Below are positions 1-7,136 of a stretch of DNA of 45,301 bases, one piece after another. Location: positions 1 through 45,301 of the forward strand of contig JAFLJY010000279.1 in the NCBI GenBank assembly GCA_022712755.1. Direction: 5' to 3'. The position numbers and the translations under genes were made by a program. How positions within the stretch are numbered: the first letter of the stretch is position 1; each line of letters begins with the position of its first letter. The notes under the pieces were generated by a model, which ran no database searches, was not told the DNA's origin, and worked only from the letters and a program-made list of their open reading frames with translations. This stretch comes from Gammaproteobacteria bacterium (lineage in GTDB: Bacteria; Pseudomonadota; Gammaproteobacteria; SZUA-229).

Positions 1-103
1 GAAAACACCGATGCAAGCCATTGGCGCTGCTATGCGAAAATTAATTCAAATTGGTTTTGGCGTTATTAAACACCAAAGCGAATACCAACCACAAGTGGTT
101 TAA
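1..103 (+). mobile_element. 3' end of an IS110-family (DEDD) transposase gene; the 5' part lies outside the window
   Basis: Frame 2 reads KTPMQAIGAAMRKLIQIGFGVIKHQSEYQPQVV-stop (TAA 101-103). The A-x-MRKL-x5-G-V-x-K tail matches the conserved C-terminus of IS110/IS116/IS902 transposases. It is absent from the ORF track because it has no start codon in the window. Confidence 0.55.
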
Positions 104-199
104 TAACACTTGCGATTGGTTTTGAGAGATGGTATCTACCAGCCTTTGTCATCTCGAATGCCTTTTTGTGAAAGATCTTGTACCCAATAAAGCTGGCCA

Positions 200-216
200 T
201 GCACTATATTGGTGCG
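200..216. promoter_or_regulatory. NtrC-type enhancer dyad (TGCACTATATTGGTGCG)
   Basis: Matches the TGCACC-N5-GGTGCA NtrC consensus at 10 of 12 specified positions. It lies about 115-130 bp upstream of the -24/-12 element at 320-335, in front of glnL. Confidence 0.4.
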
Positions 217-319
217 ATACAATGGTTTCTTTTCTTAATGTTTACATTTTTTTGCTAATCGCCTTACGCAAGCAATTGAAAAATATAAAAATAAAATAAA
301 TAACCGGCCTCATACAAAC

Positions 320-335
320 TGGTTCAGTTATTGCA
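320..335 (+). promoter_or_regulatory. Candidate sigma-54 (-24/-12) promoter TGGTTCAGTTATTGCA
   Basis: GG at 321-322 and GC at 333-334 have the canonical spacing, with a TTGCA -12 box. It sits only 12 nt before the glnL ATG (347). Confidence 0.35.
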
Positions 336-346
336 TTAACCCTGTT

Positions 347-1504
347 ATGGCCACATCACAATACAGCTCAGCACAAACCGTTATTGATAACCTGCATTCT
401 GCGATTATTATCATTGGTGAAAATCTGCAAATTATCTGCATCAACCCAGCAGCTGAATTATTATTTCATATCAGCAATACAAGAGCAGCGAAAAAAAACA
501 TTCGTCAGCTTATTATCAATGAACATGAGTTTTTTGACCGCCTGGAGCGATCTTTAATTTCTTCACATCCCTACACTGTTTATGAGGACCAGCTGCGTCT
601 GCACCATCACAAAATTATTGATGTGGATTATTCCGTTTCACCCATTCCATACAAGCAAGAAGGCAAATATTTATTACTGGAATTTATTCGTTTAAAAACA
701 CAACACAAAATCTCACATGAAGAAAGCATACTCAGTCAATATGAAGCCGGTAAAACGCTATTACGCGGACTGGCACATGAAATAAAAAACCCCTTAGGTG
801 GCATTCGAGGGGCCGCACAGTTGCTTGAAAGAGAACTTGAAAAGAGTCCCAGCAGTAATCTCAACAACAGTAATATCGGCTGCGACCACAAACAATTCAC
901 CCAAATCATTATCAATGAAGCCGATCGTTTAAAAAACTTGCTCGACCGCATGGTCGGACCCAAAGATATACCAACAAAAAGCGAAGTCAACATACACAAA
1001 ATCCTGGAACATGTACGGCAACTTGTACTGGCAGAAAACGATAAAATTATAATAAAAGCAGATTATGATCCCAGCGTCCCTGAGTTACATGCCGATGAAT
1101 CCATGTTAATTCAGGTGATATTAAACATTACACGTAATGCCGTAACCGCATCACTTGTCACACCTATTCCTGCTACGACTTCTGAAAACGATAAAGCCAC
1201 CATCATTTTTAAAACACGCACACAAAGAAATTGTAAGGTTGGTTTACACAGTTACCCACTGGTCGCCAGAATAGATATTGAAGACAGTGGCAGTGGCGTA
1301 AAAAAAGAATTACAGGAAAAAATATTTATGCCAATGATTACCGGTCGCGCCGAAGGTACCGGGCTGGGTCTATCAATCGCACAATCATTAGTACAACAAC
1401 ATAACGGTATAATCGAATTTACCAGCAAACCGGGTAAAACCATTTTTACACTTTTATTGCCCCTGAATTTACAAACTGACCCGCACAATGAAGCCACAGA
1501 GTGA
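347..1504 (+). CDS. glnL: Nitrogen regulation sensor histidine kinase NtrB (NRII)
   Basis: 385-aa ORF with an MAT... N-terminus as in enteric NtrB and a PAS-like N-domain. H-box LAHEIKNPLGGIRGAAQLL and G-box EGTGLGLSIAQ are present. It lies 9 nt upstream of glnG. Confidence 0.9.
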   Translation: MATSQYSSAQTVIDNLHSAIIIIGENLQIICINPAAELLFHISNTRAAKKNIRQLIINEHEFFDRLERSLISSHPYTVYEDQLRLHHHKIIDVDYSVSPIPYKQEGKYLLLEFIRLKTQHKISHEESILSQYEAGKTLLRGLAHEIKNPLGGIRGAAQLLERELEKSPSSNLNNSNIGCDHKQFTQIIINEADRLKNLLDRMVGPKDIPTKSEVNIHKILEHVRQLVLAENDKIIIKADYDPSVPELHADESMLIQVILNITRNAVTASLVTPIPATTSENDKATIIFKTRTQRNCKVGLHSYPLVARIDIEDSGSGVKKELQEKIFMPMITGRAEGTGLGLSIAQSLVQQHNGIIEFTSKPGKTIFTLLLPLNLQTDPHNEATE

Positions 1505-1513
1505 AGCGTATAA

Positions 1514-3016
1514 ATGACCGCAGCCATAACCGAAACCACAACATATCAAGGGCATATCTGGATTATTGATGATGATGACTCCATACGCTGGGTGTTACAA
1601 AAAGCACTTGAAGGCGCAAATTTTACTGTTACCAGTTTTGACAATGCCAACACTATTTTAGACAGGTTACAGGCAGATAAATTAAGCTCGACTAAATTAA
1701 AGCTGGAACAACCCGATGCCATCATTACCGATGTGCGTATGCCGGGCATTGATGGCCTGGAATTACTGTCCCGGCTGTCATCAGATTACCCGGATTTACC
1801 GGTTATTATTATGACCGCCCACACCGATTTAGACAGTGCCGTTTCCGCTTATAAAGGCGGTGCATTTGAATACCTGCCTAAACCGTTTGACATTGATGAT
1901 GCTGTTGAAGTCACGCAACGCGCCTGCCAACTTGCCAGCAAGAAAAAGTCGTCACATGAAAGTCTGTTAACCACAGAAAACAATACACCAGAAATTATTG
2001 GTGCGGCACCCGCCATGCAGGAAGTTTTCCGCACCATTGGGCGATTATCAAAGTCTGTCATCAGCGTGTTAATTACCGGAGAATCCGGCACTGGCAAGGA
2101 ACTGGTCGCACTCTCACTGCACAAACACAGCCCACGTACCGATAATGCTTTTATTGCATTAAACACCGCCGCCATTCCAAAAGAATTATTAGAGTCCGAG
2201 TTATTTGGCCATGAAAAAGGTGCTTTTACCGGTGCACAGGCACTACGAAAAGGCCGCTTTGAACAGGCCGATGGCGGCACCTTATTTCTTGATGAAATTG
2301 GCGACATGCCCGCTGAACTACAAACCCGTTTATTACGCGTGCTGGCAGAAGGGGTATTTTACCGCGTAGGCGGACACACGCCGATCAAAGTCAATGTGCG
2401 CGTCATCGCTGCCACTCACCAAAACCTTGATGCCCACGTTAAAAAAGGATTATTCCGTGAAGACTTATTTCATCGTTTAAATGTCATTCGCATTCACCTG
2501 CCTGCGCTGCGAGAACGCAGAGAAGATATCCCGGCTTTATTTAACTTATTTTTACAGCGTGCGGTAAAAGAACTCGCCATTGATGATGAATCAAGCGAAA
2601 CCAAAATCATAACAAATGAAACCATGAACTACCTGAGCTCACTTAACTGGCCGGGCAATGTAAGACAGGTCGAAAACACCTGCCACTGGCTAGCGGTGAT
2701 GACACCCGGTCAGGTGGTACATCTATCTGACTTGCCCACAGAGCTGCTTACTGACAATCGCGCTGAAAACCAGGCTGAAAATAATAATGCAACTTTTGAA
2801 TCGAACGAAAATTGGCAAGAAAAACTTAAGTCTAAAGTGCAGCAACAATTACTCTCCGGCGAAACAGATATTTCGACACAAATTATTTGTGATGTTGAGA
2901 GGGTTTTAATAAACGAGGCATTAAAAAAAACCGGCGGCAGAAAAAACGATGCCGCAAAATTGCTTGGCTGGGGCAGGAATACCTTGACGCGGAAAATTAA
3001 GGAGTTGGGGGTTTAA
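1514..3016 (+). CDS. glnG: Sigma-54-dependent nitrogen response regulator NtrC
   Basis: 500-aa ORF. Receiver domain IWIIDDDDSIRWVL...DVRMPG; AAA+ core GESGTGKE with GAFTGA loop; C-terminal Fis-type HTH GWGRNTLTRKIKELG. Confidence 0.92.
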   Translation: MTAAITETTTYQGHIWIIDDDDSIRWVLQKALEGANFTVTSFDNANTILDRLQADKLSSTKLKLEQPDAIITDVRMPGIDGLELLSRLSSDYPDLPVIIMTAHTDLDSAVSAYKGGAFEYLPKPFDIDDAVEVTQRACQLASKKKSSHESLLTTENNTPEIIGAAPAMQEVFRTIGRLSKSVISVLITGESGTGKELVALSLHKHSPRTDNAFIALNTAAIPKELLESELFGHEKGAFTGAQALRKGRFEQADGGTLFLDEIGDMPAELQTRLLRVLAEGVFYRVGGHTPIKVNVRVIAATHQNLDAHVKKGLFREDLFHRLNVIRIHLPALRERREDIPALFNLFLQRAVKELAIDDESSETKIITNETMNYLSSLNWPGNVRQVENTCHWLAVMTPGQVVHLSDLPTELLTDNRAENQAENNNATFESNENWQEKLKSKVQQQLLSGETDISTQIICDVERVLINEALKKTGGRKNDAAKLLGWGRNTLTRKIKELGV

Positions 3017-3077
3017 GTTTTAAGTTTTAAGTTTTAAGTTTTAAGTTTTAAGTTTTAAGTTTTAAGTTTTAAGTTTA
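3011..3077. repeat. Heptanucleotide tandem array, (TTTTAAG) about 9.5 copies
   Basis: Direct reading gives gTTTAAG followed by 8 perfect TTTTAAG units and a partial TTTAC. The first unit contains the glnG stop codon (TAA 3014-3016). Confidence 0.95.
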
Positions 3078-3144
3078 CAAAAAACTTAACTGCCTGGCGG
3101 TATCAATCAAGGGGAAATATTAAACTTATAAAACAGGTAGTTCG

Positions 3145-3225
3145 TAGGTTGGGGTGAGGCACGAACCCCAACAATACCGGCGCGGCTGTTACCAATGTTG
3201 GGGTTCGTGCCTCACCCCAACCTAC
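3145..3225. repeat. REP doublet (REPIN), family 1: GTAGGTTGGGGTGAGGCACGAACCCCAACA x2 inverted
   Basis: Perfect 29-nt inverted arms (3145-3173 / 3197-3225) with a 23-nt spacer. Each arm is a GTAG head plus a 7-bp stem (GTTGGGG/CCCCAAC). A second copy lies at 31706-31782. Confidence 0.85.
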
Positions 3226-3279
3226 TTTCCTACGAGCCGTATCTTCTTAAATAGAGCGGCATGACTTAAAACTTATAAC

Positions 3280-3990
3280 TCAATCACCAATACAACTCAT
3301 ATAAGCCTGCTCAACATCTTCAGCTTGATATTGTTTTTTAAAATCTTCCGGTGAGCCAGAAAAATAAATCTTGCTGTTATGCAACACTGCCATAGTATCC
3401 GCCATCTCTTCTACGTCAGCCAGTACATGTGAACTAAAGAACACGGTAACACCCTGTTGTTTTAACTGTGCCAACTGCTTTTTAAATAACACACGGGCGC
3501 GGGGATCTAAACCACTCATGGGTTCATCTAAAATCAGTAATGATTTACCGCTTAACAAACACGATGCCAAACCCAGTTTTTGCGTCATGCCTTTTGACAG
3601 CTTATTGACCGATTCGCGCATGATGGATTTATCCAGATCCAGTGCATCCAGAACCTGTTCTATTTTTTGCTGGTTACAATCATTGCCATGCAGACGTAAC
3701 ATGTAGTGAATAAAATCCAACGCTTTTAAATGTGCGGGGGGTAAAAATCGGTCGGGGAGATAGGCTATGTTTTCACGCGACTCCACCTTTCGGTGTGAGT
3801 AACCATGGATGCTTATATTGCCTGTATTGATAGCAATTAAATCCAGAATAGCTTTAATCAGGGTGGATTTGCCGCTGCCGTTCATGCCGACTAAACCAAA
3901 AAATTCACCCTGTTTTACTGACAGGTTGATTTTGTCCAGGACTACTTTGTTGGCGTAGTATTTGACGACTTGTTTGCAATTAATAAGCAT
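3280..3990 (-). CDS. ABC transporter ATP-binding protein
   Basis: 236 aa with Walker A GMNGSGKST, signature LSKGMTQKL and Walker B LLILDEP. Confidence 0.9.
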   Translation of the reverse strand: MLINCKQVVKYYANKVVLDKINLSVKQGEFFGLVGMNGSGKSTLIKAILDLIAINTGNISIHGYSHRKVESRENIAYLPDRFLPPAHLKALDFIHYMLRLHGNDCNQQKIEQVLDALDLDKSIMRESVNKLSKGMTQKLGLASCLLSGKSLLILDEPMSGLDPRARVLFKKQLAQLKQQGVTVFFSSHVLADVEEMADTMAVLHNSKIYFSGSPEDFKKQYQAEDVEQAYMSCIGD

Positions 3991-4002
3991 ATTTTAATGA
4001 TA

Positions 4003-4029
4003 AAAAAAGAGCCCAAATGGACTCTTTTT
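4003..4029 (-). terminator. Intrinsic (bidirectional-looking) terminator after the pilin gene
   Basis: The minus strand reads AGAGTCC-ATTT-GGGCTCT followed by a T-run. It lies 34 nt after the pilin stop codon. Confidence 0.6.
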
Positions 4030-4062
4030 ATATTAACTTAACCTAGGCAACTATTTTTCAAA

Positions 4063-4836
4063 TTAGAAATTTCTAAACACTGCCGCACAATTAGAACTTG
4101 GTGCCTGTAACCCGTACAAATTATTGTCAGTTGTATTCTGGCAGGCAGTTACATCTCCAGTTACCCAGCCAGTACCTGCAAGGCCTAACTGCATCGCCCC
4201 TGAACCCGCATTGCCATCATCAACTTTTCTATCTAACTCTGCCAGCACTTCAACAGGGATACCTCTACCGGTAATCAATTCATGTGCATTAATTCCGCCT
4301 TCTTGTCGTAGTGCACCATAATTTAGATTCATGCCAGCACCGAAACCATTATCAGGACAAGTCGTAGGCAAACAACCATAGTCATCTGCAGCAACTGTTG
4401 CCACAACAAAATTTCCGGTTATGTATCCAGCTGCTTGCAAATGGATCCATACATTAGGCCGCTCCGCAGCCTCGCCACTTGCAGCGCCAACCAGACCATT
4501 ACCATTACCATTAGCAGGCGTACCCGGCAAATTAACAGCCGCTTGTGAATAGTCTCCAGGAAACCCACGGTAACGATCCTGAAAACTAAACCAGGCCGCA
4601 GTAATCCCATCAACAGTATTGTTTAAGGCCCTAACCCTGGCAGTATTAATCAACTCCTGTCCTTTTAATACACCGCCTAGTAACAAACCAATGATCACTA
4701 AAACAATAGCAATTTCAATTAAGGTGAAGCCGCCTTGCCTGGCACCGACAAGCCTTTCGCAGGGTGGGCGACTAGTCCAGTTTGCCAGCATTTTTTGTTT
4801 ATTTACTTTTTTCATAACATTCGTCTCTGCCTTCAT
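4063..4836 (-). CDS. Type IV pilin-like protein (prepilin-type N-terminal cleavage/methylation domain); candidate major subunit
   Basis: Class III signal ...GARQGG/FTLIEIAIVLVIIGLL with Glu5. C-terminal Cys pair CQNTT...SSNC (C-x17-C) resembles a pilin D-region loop. Possible starts at 4836, 4815 or 4791 give a 36-, 29- or 21-aa leader. The gene is monocistronic with its own terminator. Confidence 0.8.
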   Translation of the reverse strand: MKAETNVMKKVNKQKMLANWTSRPPCERLVGARQGGFTLIEIAIVLVIIGLLLGGVLKGQELINTARVRALNNTVDGITAAWFSFQDRYRGFPGDYSQAAVNLPGTPANGNGNGLVGAASGEAAERPNVWIHLQAAGYITGNFVVATVAADDYGCLPTTCPDNGFGAGMNLNYGALRQEGGINAHELITGRGIPVEVLAELDRKVDDGNAGSGAMQLGLAGTGWVTGDVTACQNTTDNNLYGLQAPSSNCAAVFRNF

Positions 4837-4945
4837 AGCATAAAACTTATTATTTTTATTTTCTTTTTAAGGTTGTTGCATTATAGGGTAAAAGCTCAAT
4901 ACTATTGCCATCTTCCCCCACATAAACAAAGGGAATTGCCGGTAC

Positions 4946-5028
4946 GTAGGCCTGCATAAGGAACGTTGCAGGCAAACTACAACTACAGTGTGCGATACTT
5001 GCCTGCAACGTTCCTTATGCAGGCCTAC
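4946..5028. repeat. REP doublet (REPIN), family 2: GTAGGCCTGCATAAGGAACGTTGCAGGCAA x2 inverted
   Basis: Perfect 30-nt inverted arms (4946-4975 / 4999-5028) with a 23-nt spacer. Each arm is a GTAG head plus a 7-bp stem (GCCTGCA/TGCAGGC). The geometry matches family 1. Confidence 0.85.
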
Positions 5029-5033
5029 AGCTG

Positions 5034-5142
5034 TCATTTCCATCCTTAGGTTCGTTAATCGCACCGCCTTCCTGGCTCTTTGTGCCATAATTGCAAACAT
5101 GGCCGTCCATCCATGGACATAACAGCACGTTCCTGTGCCACT
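5034..5142. repeat. Hairpin-unit repeat element, intergenic copy (head + one 64-nt unit + tail)
   Basis: Head TCATTTCCATCCTTAGGTTCGTTAA, unit TCGCACCGCC...GTCCATCCATGGACATAA, tail CAGCACGTTCCTGTGCCACT. It is near-identical to 18139-18399, which lies inside the mshN-like gene. Confidence 0.85.
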
Positions 5143-5337
5143 ATTCAACCAACGGGAGAAATTTTATTCAGCGATAGTACAAGATCTCTCCTGTTGATCG
5201 AGATAACAGTAACGAAAAAATGTGTTGTGCAAAGCACCACTATCACACTAATTAAATGCAATCACTATACCAATATTCTATAGCCCATTAAAGCTGAATT
5301 TACAGAAATAACCCTTCTTTTTTTGATTTAAATCTGT

Positions 5338-6087
5338 TTATTTTTCAACACTTTGTCGAGTTTTCGACAATTTTTCTTCAAGTACAATAATTTTTTGTGT
5401 GAGGAATTTTAATTCATAGGGATCGGTTATCACTTTGCTGTCTATCAAGGCGCCAACAAGGATTTTAGCTGCCTGCAACTGCCCCATGTCTTCTAATACG
5501 ATAATCCTCATGTCTTTTGCCCAACGCGGCACATGTTTAGCCGTGGCTTTTTCTGCCAGCGCATCGGCGTACTTTAATGCCAAATCCAAATCCTTGAGTT
5601 CGTGTTTTGCAGTAATGATCACGTGCGCCAGCCAGCGCCAGTACTTATTCGGGTTTTCATTAAATTTCTGGAAAATGTAATCCATCATAATGCGTTGTTT
5701 TTCCGGGTTTTGCACACTGCCATAAACACGAGCCGCCACCAGCATCGGATAATGCCCACGTGGATCCAATTCCAGGATGGTGTCAAGCCATTGCGTTAGC
5801 CGTACATAATCCAGCTGGTGAAAAGAAATGCTGATGCCGGGCTGGTTATCAAATGCCTGCAGCCAGAGATTTAAAAATTTGGAGGCAGCTATGGGTTCTC
5901 CCAGAGAACTCAATACATAAGCATGTGCAGATAAAGGTGGTGGCAGATCTTCTGCCCTGACCGCAACTGGAGGCTGCATATTGTGCCAGACTAGCTGCAT
6001 AATAAGCGCTAACACCAGCAGCACTTTTACCGATGCGGGAACATCACGCACGGGTCTGTCTTTGTCTATAAAGGGGTAAGAAATCAC
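5338..6087 (-). CDS. Hypothetical membrane-anchored helical-repeat protein
   Basis: 249-aa ORF with one N-terminal TM (VKVLLVLALIMQLVW) followed by a helical, TPR-like soluble part. I recognise no family. It lies 9 nt downstream of the ABC-2 permease gene, so it is probably co-transcribed. Confidence 0.55.
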   Translation of the reverse strand: MISYPFIDKDRPVRDVPASVKVLLVLALIMQLVWHNMQPPVAVRAEDLPPPLSAHAYVLSSLGEPIAASKFLNLWLQAFDNQPGISISFHQLDYVRLTQWLDTILELDPRGHYPMLVAARVYGSVQNPEKQRIMMDYIFQKFNENPNKYWRWLAHVIITAKHELKDLDLALKYADALAEKATAKHVPRWAKDMRIIVLEDMGQLQAAKILVGALIDSKVITDPYELKFLTQKIIVLEEKLSKTRQSVEK

Positions 6088-6096
6088 GGGGAATAT

Positions 6097-6867
6097 TTAA
6101 AAATTTTTCCGGTAAAAATCAAACAGCGCAATAAAAGACAGGAACACAAGATAAATCAGAGTTTGCCCTAACAGCGGCAATAGTGTGACCCAGTCAGCGG
6201 TGTTGTAGGCTAACCATTCGGTTTGCGTAAAACGATGTAAGTCCGGCAGTAACCAGGTGATTAATTCAATCACCCCATCCATAAACTTTTGCGCCATCGA
6301 GGTGCTCACCATCACAGGAAACTGTGACATTAAAAAAATTGAGGTGACAATGCGTGACGCGCCATAAATAATAAACACGGCGGTTAATGCCGCCGGTATC
6401 TGGTTAAATGTAAACAGCATCACCAGGCTTAACGCGACCACGATGGTCAGCTCTAAAAAAAGGGAGATTGCCCAGATTAAAACCTGCTGTGAGTCTGCGT
6501 ACCACAATAACAGCAGCGCAAAGATGATGGACACCAATAAAGCAATATAAAAATAGCCAATAAGTTTACCAAGATAATAACTGGCTCGATGTATGGGCAT
6601 CGCCATGATCATTTCCAGGGTTTTATCCTGTAACTCTCGAAGGCTGCTGGTAACCACAAACAGCGTTACCATAACAACAGCGCTTATTCGCAAAAAAGCA
6701 CCGAGAATAGCGACCTGTGTTACCCGGTGTTCGGTAATAGTTAGATCGCCGATAAATTCAACCAACGCAAAGCTGATGGCGATAATAAGAAATGACAGTA
6801 GTAATAGCCGATTGCGCAATGACTCAATGATGGTGAAGCGGGCAATTGTCAGAATTTGAGTGATCAT
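6097..6867 (-). CDS. ABC-2 type transporter permease (NosY-like topology)
   Basis: 256 aa, strongly hydrophobic, with about 6 TM helices. The call rests on architecture and on the nearby ABC ATPase only. Confidence 0.65.
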   Translation of the reverse strand: MITQILTIARFTIIESLRNRLLLLSFLIIAISFALVEFIGDLTITEHRVTQVAILGAFLRISAVVMVTLFVVTSSLRELQDKTLEMIMAMPIHRASYYLGKLIGYFYIALLVSIIFALLLLWYADSQQVLIWAISLFLELTIVVALSLVMLFTFNQIPAALTAVFIIYGASRIVTSIFLMSQFPVMVSTSMAQKFMDGVIELITWLLPDLHRFTQTEWLAYNTADWVTLLPLLGQTLIYLVFLSFIALFDFYRKNF

Positions 6868-6914
6868 TTAGATATAGTTGTGTAATTCTTAATTATTATA
6901 GATGGAAACAATAG

Positions 6915-7080
6915 GTTTAAGTTAAAAGTTTTATGTTGAGAATGCTGCACGACATGGTGAAGGTTTAGTACCATTGTCATATCGACTAAAGGGTGAGATC
7001 TTGTGTCTCAGTGGTGCAATATCTCTACACACCCAAGATTGCAATTTTTTTACTTAAAACATACAACATAAAACTTAAAC
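6915..7080. repeat. MITE-like element with GTTTAAGTT...TTTATGTTG termini
   Basis: The left end GTTTAAGTTAAAAGTTTTATGTTG (6915-6938) is inverted relative to the right end CAACATAAAACTTAAAC (7064-7080). The interior carries copy 2 of the TGTCATNTCGA...AGATCTTGT motif. Confidence 0.5.
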
Positions 7081-7136
7081 ACATATAACTGCATACGAAT
7101 GTTCTACAATCTTAACCAGTTACCAAAATAATAAAA

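Noticed and set aside
736-2307. Antisense ORFs inside glnL/glnG (736-999, 1252-1539, 1546-1749, 1849-2307), and similar ones inside other large genes (for example 3371-3706, 14378-14740, 15287-15550, 19464-19772, 24257-24538)
   Set aside because: They lie entirely within, and antisense to, ORFs with strong family signatures. Their composition is low-complexity and Ser/Cys/Arg-rich, and they have no ribosome-binding sites. I treat them as spurious.
3011-3077. Tandem repeat array considered as a possible CRISPR
   Set aside because: The unit is only 7 bp and contiguous, with no spacers. No cas genes are present. It is a simple heptamer microsatellite.
4895-4910. Sigma-54-like element TGGCAATAGTATTGAG (minus strand) upstream of the pilin gene
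   Set aside because: The -24 TGGCA is good, but the invariant -12 GC reads GA. A TATAAT box (4880-4885, minus strand) offers an ordinary alternative. The evidence is too weak to annotate.
5107-5116. Recurring CATCCATG/CATGGATG octamer (about 5108, 18200, 18263, 25230, 28127, 31964 and 3806) considered as an independent iterated palindrome, like cyanobacterial HIP1
   Set aside because: Most occurrences are inside copies of the same repeat families or within hairpin loops. About 7 hits in one window is too few to call a genome-wide signal without counting.
4867-5283. ORFs 4867-5148 (-), 5080-5283 (+) and 4735-4959 (+) in the pilin-upstream gap
   Set aside because: They are made of REPIN and hairpin-unit repeat DNA, which is GC-rich and therefore stop-poor in several frames. 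No start context or protein-like sequence is visible.
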